A DNA stretch of 32,000 nucleotides from Phycisphaera mikurensis NBRC 102666 (lineage in GTDB: Bacteria > Planctomycetota > Phycisphaerae > Phycisphaerales > Phycisphaeraceae), in NCBI RefSeq assembly GCF_000284115.1, contig NC_017080.1:2850001-2882000 (forward strand), in the 5' to 3' direction. Position numbers and translations under genes: made by a program. Of this stretch, positions 8,367 to 16,258 are shown in pieces (the stretch's first letter is position 1; each line of letters opens with the position of its first letter). Under the pieces are notes generated by a model, which was not told where the DNA came from, ran no database searches, and was given only the letters and a program-made list of their open reading frames with translations.

Positions 8367-9149
8367 ATGCGTCGTTCCCCCCTGCTCGTCGTCCCCGCCC
8401 TGTGCTCGGCCTTCGCCGCGGCGGCCCTTTCGCCGCTGCCCGCCTCCGCCCGACCCGCCGAGCGGGCCGGTCCGGCGGAGCGGCAGGCCGCGGTGGCGGA
8501 GCGGATCCCGGCGGTGGCGGAAGCCCTGGCGGCCTGCGAGGCCGGGGCGTGGAAGTCGATCGCCTGGGAGACGGACCCCGCCGCCGCCGCCGCGGAGGCG
8601 CAAGCGCAGGGCCGGCCGCTGCTGGTCTTCGTCTACAAGACCGTCGAGGGCGAGCGCCCGGCGGCCGGCGAGCTGGAGGGAGAAGGGCTGACCTGCCTGG
8701 GCGCCCGCATCACCCGCGGCGCCGTCTTCGGCGACGCCGAGGTGCGGGCGCTGATCGCCGAGCGGTTCGTCCCGCTGCAGGTCGACGTGGCGGCGGGCGG
8801 GCTCGGCGAGGCGCTCCGGGGGCTCGCCGCCGTGGAGAGGCTGCACGAGCGATCGCGGGGGGGCACCGACCGCGGCTTCTCGGCGACGCTCGTGCTCAGC
8901 CCCGACGGCGAGCGGGTGCTGGCGACGTCCCTGCGACGCGACGCCGAGCGCGGGCAACGGCAGGCGCGGCAGGACCGGCCGCGGGCCCACGATCGGGCCG
9001 CCCGGCCGGCCGGCGGCGGCGAGCGGCGAGCGGAGGGCCGACGCGGACGCCTTCTGGAGAGGCTGGAAGCCTCCACGCCCGCCGCGTACCTCCAGCTGCT
9101 GCGGGACGCCCTGGAGGAGCGGCCGGAGCGGCGGCCACGCGAACGCTGA
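8367..9149 (+). CDS. Secreted protein with a degenerate thioredoxin-like domain
   Basis: Signal-like N-terminus MRRSPLLVVPALCSAFAAAALSPLPASA; W..D..AAAAEAQAQGRPLLVFVY...VFGDAEVRALIAERFVPLQVDV pattern; no CxxC; 260 aa. Confidence 0.6.
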   Translation: MRRSPLLVVPALCSAFAAAALSPLPASARPAERAGPAERQAAVAERIPAVAEALAACEAGAWKSIAWETDPAAAAAEAQAQGRPLLVFVYKTVEGERPAAGELEGEGLTCLGARITRGAVFGDAEVRALIAERFVPLQVDVAAGGLGEALRGLAAVERLHERSRGGTDRGFSATLVLSPDGERVLATSLRRDAERGQRQARQDRPRAHDRAARPAGGGERRAEGRRGRLLERLEASTPAAYLQLLRDALEERPERRPRER

Positions 9150-9173
9150 ACGTCGCGGGGCTCCGCCCGCCGC

Positions 9174-9581
9174 TCAGCCGACGGCCGGACGCACCGCGGG
9201 AACGAGCACGAAGCGTCCCTTCACCGCCTCGCGGCCGTTGACCCGGCCGGTGCCTTGAAAGGTGAAGCGGTCGCCCTCCTCGCGCTTCTTCAGGTCGACG
9301 GTCACCTCCAGCGTCTCGCCTCGGCGCACCATCGCGGCGTAGGTGACCTTCTTGACCTCCTGCACCACCAGCGGCTCGGCCTCGGCGGGCCGCAGCCCGG
9401 CCGCGTCCACCCAGGCGCTCGCGGCCTGCACGAGCCCCTCGAGCATCATCACCCCGGGGAGGATCGGGAAACCGGGGAAGTGGTCGTCGAGGAAGTCGTC
9501 CGCCTCGGTGACCGCCCGAGAGGCGGTGAGCGTGTCGCCGTCGCGGACGGCGGTGCCGGGGTCGAGCATGGGGAAGGGCAT
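9174..9581 (-). CDS. 3-hydroxyacyl-ACP dehydratase-like hotdog protein (FabZ/FabA-like)
   Basis: DDFLDDHFPGFPILPGVMMLEGLVQAAS with canonical His and Glu; 135 aa. Confidence 0.85.
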   Translation of the reverse strand: MPFPMLDPGTAVRDGDTLTASRAVTEADDFLDDHFPGFPILPGVMMLEGLVQAASAWVDAAGLRPAEAEPLVVQEVKKVTYAAMVRRGETLEVTVDLKKREEGDRFTFQGTGRVNGREAVKGRFVLVPAVRPAVG

Positions 9582-9830
9582 GGGCGCGGTCCTCTCGCCT
9601 TGAAGTCAGACCGGGATCGCCCGGACGGAAGAACCTGAGGGTACGGGCAGCAGAACAGCGGACAGGCGGAGGCCGGGGACGCGTGAACGCGGCTCCGCCG
9701 CGGCCGGGGATCGCCGAGCCGACGCTCGCCTCTCGGTCTGCCCCGGCTGCTCGGCGCCGCCACGACCGGCCCCGCCGATGCCCCGTCCCACCATTCCCGC
9801 CGCTCCGCGTGCTGAACCGATCTACCCGCG

Positions 9831-12689
9831 ATGGCCGAAACGTCCGTCTCGATCCGCCGGTCTGCGCCCCGCAAAACCACCGCGACCCGCCGGAAGCCGG
9901 CCACGCGGAGCCGAGCCAAGGCTCCGCCGAAGCTGACGGCCGCCCAGAAGCGCCACCGCGCGGCGGCCTTCCTGGCGGTGTGCTGGAGCGTGGCGGCGCT
10001 GGCCTGGGTGCTGGCGGGCCTCGCGCTGGGCAGCCACGACCCGGCGGACGCGCCCGCCCACGCGCTGGGCGTGACGAACGTCCAGCCCAACAACTGGGTG
10101 GGCGCAGCGGGCGCGGCCTTCTCGCACCGGGCGGTGCTGGTGCTCGGGCCCGGCGTGTGGGTGGCCTACGCCGCCGCGGGCCTGTGGCTGGCGGCCACGG
10201 CGGCGGGCCGCCGGCCCGATCAATCGATCCTCCGGCTCGCGGGCGTCGGGCTGATGACCGCCGCCGGCGCCGGCCTCGCCTCCGTCGGTCACGCCAGCTT
10301 CTCGGCGACCGGGCCGGTCACCCCCGAGGGCCCCGGCGGCCTGCTCGGGCTCTTCCTCCAGGACGAGCTGGTGCCGCGTTTCGCGGGGCTCGGGGCGATG
10401 CTCATCCTGGGGGTCGTGTTCTGGGTCGGCGCCGTGCTCGCGGCCGACCGCTGGGTGCTGCTGATCCCGCGGCTCGCCGGCGCCGCGCTGCTCAAGGCGC
10501 TCAACGCCTCCCGCGTCACGCTCCCGCCGGTCGCGACCGCCGCGGGCAACGCGGCGCAGACCGCCGTCGGCGCGGCCCAGGGCCTCCGCTTCCCGCGGAT
10601 CGGCGTGGACGCGGGCGACCCCGCCCCCCCGGCCCGGGCCAACGACGTCGACGACGACTTCCGCCCTTCCCCCGCGGGTGGCGACGACGGGGAGGACCCG
10701 GAGGAGGACCACGAGGAAGACGAGCCCGCGGCCCCCCGCCGCTCCCTCGCCCGCTACCTCCCCAAGCGGAAGCCCGCCGAGCCGGAGCCGGAGGACTCCG
10801 ACGAGGAGGACGTCGGCGCCCCGGCCGCCTACGTCGCCTCGAAGAAGGCGGCCGTGCCGGGGGCGCCCGCCGAGGGCGAGCCGCCCCCGCTCGACGCCGC
10901 CGCACTCAAGGCGAAGATGGCGAAGCTGCCGGTGAACTTCGCTCCGAAGATCGACGCCGCCAGCGCGGCCGCCCCGGAGCCCGGGGACGGCGCCGGCCTG
11001 GACGCGGGCGAGAACGAGCCCGTGGACCTCTCCGGCTACCGCTTCCCCGGGGTGGACCTGCTGGTCGAGCCCGAGGGCAGCTTCCGCGAGCACCTCGAGA
11101 GCTACATCCGCCGGCAGGGCGAGGCGCTGCAGAACGCGCTCAACGAGTTCGGCATCCAGGCGGAGGTCGTCAACGTCGACAGCGGCCCGGTGATCACGCT
11201 CTTCGAGATCCGCCTCGCCCCGGGCACCAAGGTCTCGCGCATCAGCGCCATCGACAGCGACGTCGCCCGGGCGCTCAAGGCCCCGAACATCCGGGTGGTC
11301 GCGAACATGGCCGGCAAGGACACAGTGGGCATCGAGGTGCCCAACGAAGAGAAGGAGCGGGTCCGCCTGCGTGAGCTGCTCACCGCGAACCCGGGGGCGC
11401 TGGAGAAGATGAAGCTGCCGATGTTCCTGGGCAAGGACGCCAGCGGGAACCCGCTGATCCAGGACCTCAACGCGATGCCGCACATGCTCATCGCCGGCAC
11501 CACCGGCTCGGGCAAGTCGGTGTGCATGAACTCGATCATCATGAGCTTCCTGCTCACCAAGAAGCCCGACGAGCTCAAGCTCGTGCTGGTCGACCCCAAG
11601 ATGGTGGAGATGTCTCAGTTCAAGAGCATCCCGCACCTGATGTGCCCGGTCGTCACGGAGATGAGCAAGGCGGCGGCCATCCTCGAGTGGGCCGTGACCA
11701 AGATGGACGAGCGCTACGAGCTGCTGGCCGAGGCCGGCGTCCGCGACATCGCCAGCTACAACGAGCTGGGGATCGAGGAGCTCATCGAGCGGATGGAGCC
11801 CGCCTCCGACGAGGAGGAGTCGAGGATCCCGCGGAAGCTGCCGTACCTGGTCTTCATCATCGACGAGCTCGCCGACCTGATGATGACCAACAAGGAGGTC
11901 GAGTCGCACATCGTGCGGATCGCCCAGAAGGCCCGCGCAGTCGGCATGCACCTGATCCTGGCGACGCAGCGTCCGTCGGCGAACGTGGTGACCGGGCTGA
12001 TCAAGTCGAACATGCCCTGCCGGGTGTGCATGAAGGTCAACAGCGGCATGGACAGCCGCATCATCCTCGACGCCAAGGGCGGCGAGCTCTTGCTCGGCCA
12101 CGGCGACATGCTCTTCGTGTCGCCGCGGAGCAGCGAGCTGGTGCGGGCCCAGGGCACGCTGGTCGACGACCACGAGATCCGCAAGTGCACGCGCTTCTTG
12201 AAGGAGATCTCCAGCCAGAGCTTCGAGCAGAGCCTCGTGCAGCTCAAGAAGGTGGACGAGGAGGAGGGCGAGGAGCAGGCCTTCGCCGACCGCGACCCGC
12301 TCTTCGACAAGGCCGTGGAGGTGGTGCTGGAGACGCAGCGCGGCTCGGTGTCGCTGCTGCAGCGGAAGCTGACGATCGGCTACGCGCGCTCGTCGCGGAT
12401 CATCGAGCAGATGGAGCGCTACGGGATCATCGGCGGGCACAAGACCGCACAAGCCCGCAAGGTCCTGGTCACGCCCGAGGAGTGGGAGGCGATGATCGAG
12501 CTGGCGCGGAAGGAAGCGGCGGGTGGCGAGAGCGCCGACGGCGTCGGGAGCGACGACGCCGAGCAGGAGGTGCCGGAGGTGGCGACGGCCGCGGGATCCT
12601 CGGATTCGGACGGCTGGGAGGAGGCCGACGAAGCGGACGAGGAGGACGGCGGCTGGAGCGACGCCGAGGCCTCCATCGACACGCGGTAG
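9831..12689 (+). CDS. ftsK: DNA translocase FtsK (SpoIIIE family)
   Basis: N-terminal TM region; MPHMLIAGTTGSGKSVCMNSIIMSFL (Walker A); LVFIIDELADLMM (Walker B); C-terminal gamma winged-helix RGSVSLLQRKLTIGYARSSRIIEQMERYGIIG; 952 aa. Confidence 0.95.
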   Translation: MAETSVSIRRSAPRKTTATRRKPATRSRAKAPPKLTAAQKRHRAAAFLAVCWSVAALAWVLAGLALGSHDPADAPAHALGVTNVQPNNWVGAAGAAFSHRAVLVLGPGVWVAYAAAGLWLAATAAGRRPDQSILRLAGVGLMTAAGAGLASVGHASFSATGPVTPEGPGGLLGLFLQDELVPRFAGLGAMLILGVVFWVGAVLAADRWVLLIPRLAGAALLKALNASRVTLPPVATAAGNAAQTAVGAAQGLRFPRIGVDAGDPAPPARANDVDDDFRPSPAGGDDGEDPEEDHEEDEPAAPRRSLARYLPKRKPAEPEPEDSDEEDVGAPAAYVASKKAAVPGAPAEGEPPPLDAAALKAKMAKLPVNFAPKIDAASAAAPEPGDGAGLDAGENEPVDLSGYRFPGVDLLVEPEGSFREHLESYIRRQGEALQNALNEFGIQAEVVNVDSGPVITLFEIRLAPGTKVSRISAIDSDVARALKAPNIRVVANMAGKDTVGIEVPNEEKERVRLRELLTANPGALEKMKLPMFLGKDASGNPLIQDLNAMPHMLIAGTTGSGKSVCMNSIIMSFLLTKKPDELKLVLVDPKMVEMSQFKSIPHLMCPVVTEMSKAAAILEWAVTKMDERYELLAEAGVRDIASYNELGIEELIERMEPASDEEESRIPRKLPYLVFIIDELADLMMTNKEVESHIVRIAQKARAVGMHLILATQRPSANVVTGLIKSNMPCRVCMKVNSGMDSRIILDAKGGELLLGHGDMLFVSPRSSELVRAQGTLVDDHEIRKCTRFLKEISSQSFEQSLVQLKKVDEEEGEEQAFADRDPLFDKAVEVVLETQRGSVSLLQRKLTIGYARSSRIIEQMERYGIIGGHKTAQARKVLVTPEEWEAMIELARKEAAGGESADGVGSDDAEQEVPEVATAAGSSDSDGWEEADEADEEDGGWSDAEASIDTR

Positions 12690-12735
12690 CCGCGGACCGC
12701 GGGGAATTCGGGCGGTTCGGGCCCGCGGTCCGCGG
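12690..12735. repeat. 46-bp inverted-repeat element copy 3, abutting the ftsK stop codon
   Basis: CCGCGGACCG-CGGGGAATTCGGGCGGTTCGGGCCCG-CGGTCCGCGG; both ends are full 13-bp palindromes CCGCGGWCCGCGG. Confidence 0.9.
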
Positions 12736-12801
12736 AAAGCGGTCCGCGAAGTCCGGACGCGGGCCCGGGCCCGAAGCCGGGCTCGCCCTCCCCCGGGCGC
12801 G

Positions 12802-15564
12802 TCAAGGAAGCAGGATCGAGGCGTCGAAGCCCGGATCCAGGTCGTTGACGCTCTCGACGAAGACGTAGCCCGCCCGCTCGCCGCGGCCGAGCCGCGCGAG
12901 CAGGCCCTCGGGGGCGGGGTAGTTGAACTGCACGGCGAAGAGGCCGGCTTCGGGGCCGGCGGCGGCGAGGAGTTCGTCGGCCGCGGCGGCGGTGTCCGCG
13001 GCGGCGGCGCGGCCGCCGAAGGTGTCATCGGCGAGCAGGACCAGGCGGCGGGCCCCGGCGGCGACCGCGAGCTCGACGCCGGCCCGCGGATCCGCCCGGC
13101 CGAAGGGCGAGGCGAGCGCCTCCTCCATCCAGGCCACGGCGGCCCCGCGGGACGCGGCGTCGGCGGGGCGGCAGGCCGCGAAGGCGGAAGCCGCCCCGTC
13201 GTGGCCGAGGGCGACGACGTCGAAGCGGCGGCCCGGCTCCAGGCGGCCGATCGCCTCCCGCAGCCAGCGGCGGACTTGCGGCATGGAGTCGACCATGCTG
13301 CCCGAGGTGTCGACGAGGAAGGCGAGGTCGCCGCCGCCGCCGAGGGCCTCGGCAACGCCCGGCGAGACGCCCTCGGCGGGCTCCGCGGGCGGCGGGTCGG
13401 CGGCCGCGAGCATCGACGCCGGCGGCGCCGGCACCTCCATCGGCGTCGCCGCGGCGGCGGGCTCGGAGGCGGCGAGGGCGGCCGCGAGGGCGTCCGCGGC
13501 CTCCTCCGCGTCGGGCTGGGGAGAAGGAGCGGGGTCGGGGGCGGGGTCGGAGGCGGGTTCGGGGGCGGTCCCCGGGCCGGCCGCGGGCGGCGGTGCCGGC
13601 GGCGCGGGCCGGTCGCGTCCCTGCGCGGCGTTGATGACGGCCTGCAGGTCGGCCGCGCTGCCGAGGCGGGCGGCCGGTCCGGCCGTCGGCCGCGCCGGGC
13701 CCAGGGCCAGCGCCGGGCCGTTCTCAAGGGGCGAGGAGGCGGCCGGGAGCGCCGAACCTTCGGCGGAGGATCCGGGAGAATCGCCGGCGGGCGCGGCGTC
13801 CGCGAGCGCCTCGGCCACCGCGGGTCGGGGGTCCGCGGAAGGAGGCGGCGGCGCGGGACGGCGGACCCGCGGGGCCTCCGCCAGCGCGGGGGGCCCCAGC
13901 CCCGCGGCCGGCACCGGCTCCGCGGCCGGCCCGGGCGCCGCACCCGCTTCCGGCGGCGGTGAAGGTGGGGGTGGCGCCGCGGCGACCCGCGGCGTGGGGT
14001 CGGAGGCCCCCGCGCCGATAGCGCCCGTCCGCCAGGCGACGAGGCCGCCGGCCCCCAGCAGCGCCGCCCCGGCGATGCCCCCCACGAGCAGGATCACCGC
14101 CGGCGGGAGCCCGCGATCGCGGGCGAGCGGGCGCTCCTGCGTCGCCGGCCGGGCGGGCGGTGCCGCGGGCTCGGGGGACGCCTCGGGTCCGTCGGCATCG
14201 ACCGGCGGCCCGGCCTCCGGTTCCGCGAGAACCCCGCCGCCCTCCGGCACCGCCGCGTCCTCCGCAGCCTCCGCAGCCTCCGCATCCGCCGCGTCCGCCG
14301 CGTCCGCCGCGTCCGCCGCGTCCGCCGCGACCGCCGCGACCTTACCCCGGTCTTCTTCGGCGGGCGGGCCCGGCTCGTCCTCTTCGAGGGTGATGCCGAC
14401 CGCCTGGCCCGCTTCGTCACCCTCGTCCGCGTCCGCCCCGAGCAGCGCCGCGAGGCCCGCGTCCTCGGCGTCGGGCTCGGCGCCGGGCTCGGCGGGATCG
14501 GCGGGCGGATCCGCGGCAGGCCCGGGGGGCTGCGCGCCTCCGGCGGCCCCGCCACCGGGAGCGGAAACGGCGTCCTCGATCTCCCACGCCTCCAGCTCGT
14601 CCGAAGCGGAAGCCGGCGGCGCCCCGGGCCGCTGGGCGGCCGCGTCCAGCTCCTCCACGCTCTCGGGGGTGAAGGCCTCGCCGCGGGCCTCCACCGGACG
14701 CGGCTGGGCCCCGCCCGCCGCTCCGAGCGTCGCCGCGAGCCCGGCCGCCCGGCGGCCCGGCCCGGCGGAGCCCCCGGCGTCGGGCTCCTCGCCGACGTCG
14801 AAGGCGTCCTCGTCGTCGCTCAAGCCGAAGGCGTCGTCGAAGGCCGCCTCGTCGAAGCCGCCCGCCGGCACCGGCTCCGCCGGCCGCTTGCGGCGCTTGC
14901 TGTTCGCCGGGCGGTCCGCCGGCCCGCCCTCCACCACTTCACCCCAGACGTCGACGGCCGCGGGAGCTTCCGCTTCGGCCGGGGGCCCCGGATCCGCCTC
15001 GGCCTCCACCGCCTCCGCGGCTGCATCCGCCGGAGCTTCCGGGGCCTCCCCCAGCGCCCCGTCCGCACCGGCGCCCGACGGAGCGTCCGGCTTCGCCTCC
15101 ACCGCCTCCCCGCCCACGTCGGTCGCGGCAGGATCGTCCGCCAAGGGGGCGTCGGCTTGGGTGTCGCCCTCGATCCACCCCACCTGCAGCGACGTCTGGC
15201 CGACCTTGATCCGGTCGCCGGTTTTGAGCTGCTTGAGCTTGGCGATCCGCTCGCCGTTGACGTGCGTCCCGTTGCTGCTGCCCAGGTCGCGGAGCAGCCA
15301 CACGCTCCCTTTGCGGAAGATCTCCGCGTGGCTGCGGCTCATCCGCCGGTCGGCCACCTTCAGGCCCAGCGAGTTGCGACCGATCAGGCGTGGCGGGTCG
15401 CCCGACACGTCGAAGTGGGTGCCGCGCTCGTCGCCGTTCATCAGGATCAGGCGCAGCAAAGGGAGCTCCGGAGCTTCGAGGAGGGGCGAGCAGGACGCCG
15501 CGGCGGCGGACCCTTCGACGCGGCCGGCGGCCCGCGGGTTCTTCGCGGGCCGGGCCGCCGGCAC
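12802..15564 (-). CDS. FHA domain - acidic/Ala/Pro-rich linker - TM helix - low-complexity region - VWA domain protein
   Basis: FHA: RLIGRNSLGLKVADRRMSRSHAEIFRKGSVWLLRDLGSSNGTHVNGERI; TM: AVILLVGGIAGAALLGAGGLVAW; VWA MIDAS: GGDLAFLVDTSGSMVDSM; start uncertain. Confidence 0.85.
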   Translation of the reverse strand: MPAARPAKNPRAAGRVEGSAAAASCSPLLEAPELPLLRLILMNGDERGTHFDVSGDPPRLIGRNSLGLKVADRRMSRSHAEIFRKGSVWLLRDLGSSNGTHVNGERIAKLKQLKTGDRIKVGQTSLQVGWIEGDTQADAPLADDPAATDVGGEAVEAKPDAPSGAGADGALGEAPEAPADAAAEAVEAEADPGPPAEAEAPAAVDVWGEVVEGGPADRPANSKRRKRPAEPVPAGGFDEAAFDDAFGLSDDEDAFDVGEEPDAGGSAGPGRRAAGLAATLGAAGGAQPRPVEARGEAFTPESVEELDAAAQRPGAPPASASDELEAWEIEDAVSAPGGGAAGGAQPPGPAADPPADPAEPGAEPDAEDAGLAALLGADADEGDEAGQAVGITLEEDEPGPPAEEDRGKVAAVAADAADAADAADAADAEAAEAAEDAAVPEGGGVLAEPEAGPPVDADGPEASPEPAAPPARPATQERPLARDRGLPPAVILLVGGIAGAALLGAGGLVAWRTGAIGAGASDPTPRVAAAPPPPSPPPEAGAAPGPAAEPVPAAGLGPPALAEAPRVRRPAPPPPSADPRPAVAEALADAAPAGDSPGSSAEGSALPAASSPLENGPALALGPARPTAGPAARLGSAADLQAVINAAQGRDRPAPPAPPPAAGPGTAPEPASDPAPDPAPSPQPDAEEAADALAAALAASEPAAAATPMEVPAPPASMLAAADPPPAEPAEGVSPGVAEALGGGGDLAFLVDTSGSMVDSMPQVRRWLREAIGRLEPGRRFDVVALGHDGAASAFAACRPADAASRGAAVAWMEEALASPFGRADPRAGVELAVAAGARRLVLLADDTFGGRAAAADTAAAADELLAAAGPEAGLFAVQFNYPAPEGLLARLGRGERAGYVFVESVNDLDPGFDASILLP
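14252..14340. repeat. In-frame 9-bp minisatellite in the linker of the FHA-VWA gene (encodes AADAADAAD...)
   Basis: tccgccgcg units repeated with CCTCCGCAG variants. Confidence 0.9.
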
Positions 15565-15607
15565 CCCGCTTGCGGGCGAGGGCGCGCACGATAGACTCTC
15601 GCACCCC

Positions 15608-15682
15608 GCTCCCGTCGTCTAGTCAGGTCTAGGACACCTGGTTTTCATCCAGGCGACACGGGTTCGAATCCCGTCGGGAGTA
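15608..15682 (+). tRNA. tRNA-Glu (anticodon TTC)
   Basis: GCTCCCG/CGGGAGT acceptor (G1:U72), CCTGG-TTTTCAT-CCAGG anticodon arm, ACGGG-TTCGAAT-CCCGT T arm; CCA not encoded. Confidence 0.95.
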
Positions 15683-15744
15683 TCCAGCGGGCGGCTCGTC
15701 GGAGTCTTCCCGCCGCCGTTCCCGAACGGCACACCGGGCGTCGC

Positions 15745-15766
15745 GCCAGCGGCCCCACCCGCTGGC
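15745..15766. terminator. Hairpin between the two tRNAs (possible terminator or processing signal; no T tract)
   Basis: GCCAGCGG-CCCCAC-CCGCTGGC perfect 8-bp stem. Confidence 0.35.
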
Positions 15767-15783
15767 CCGCCAGCAACCCCACT

Positions 15784-15857
<74 letters not shown>

Positions 15858-15863
15858 TGAAGC

Positions 15864-15890
15864 AAAACCCCGGCCAGCGGCCGGGGTTTT
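15864..15890. terminator. Rho-independent terminator hairpin (bidirectional) after tRNA-Pro
   Basis: AAAACCCCGGCC-AGC-GGCCGGGGTTTT perfect 12-bp stem. Confidence 0.85.
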
Positions 15891-15922
15891 GTTCATCGCG
15901 TTCCTCCAGGCGGCGCAGCCGC

Positions 15923-15947
15923 AACCCCGGCCAGCGGCCGGGATTTT
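15923..15947 (+). terminator. Second, slightly diverged copy of the terminator hairpin, 57 bp downstream of the first
   Basis: AACCCCGGCC-AGC-GGCCGGGATTTT, followed by the same GTTCATCGCGTTCC tail as copy 1. Confidence 0.7.
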
Positions 15948-16030
15948 GTTCATCGCGTTCCGCGCGTGAGCCGGACGCGGAGATCCCACTCGATTGCGGG
16001 CTCGGGTGGCCTCGGATCCCTTGAGCTTCT

Positions 16031-16086
16031 ACATCGACGGAGTCGATGAGCCACCTGGGCGGGTGGCTCATCCACTCCGTGGATGT
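16031..16086. repeat. Long imperfect inverted repeat, 25-bp arms (23/25 complementary), 6-nt loop
   Basis: ACATCGACGGAGTCGATGAGCCACC-TGGGCG-GGTGGCTCATCCACTCCGTGGATGT. Confidence 0.9.
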
Positions 16087-16162
16087 GGCGGCTGAGGCGG
16101 ACGGATGAGCGGGAGCGGGAAACCACGCCCGGTCGCGGCTTCGGGCTGTCTGCGTCGCAGTC

Positions 16163-16194
16163 AGCCTCTACATCGACGGGGTCGGTGAGCCACC
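16163..16194 (+). repeat. Orphan direct copy of the left-arm region of the 16031..16086 inverted repeat (29/32 to 16024..16055)
   Basis: AGCCTCTACATCGACGGGGTCGGTGAGCCACC vs AGCTTCTACATCGACGGAGTCGATGAGCCACC. Confidence 0.85.
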
Positions 16195-16258
16195 CGCGGG
16201 GCGGCGGCACAGGCGAGGCGGGACCTGCGGGACGGGCCTGCTAGCTTTGCCCGTCCAC

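Noticed and set aside
6072-9149. 1025-aa plus-strand ORF overlapping cstA
   Set aside because: Out-of-frame, Arg-rich read-through; only the portion from 8367 corresponds to a plausible protein.
9822-13943. 1373-aa minus-strand ORF across ftsK and the FHA-VWA gene
   Set aside because: Antisense to well-supported ftsK and low-complexity Arg/Pro-rich where it overlaps the other gene.
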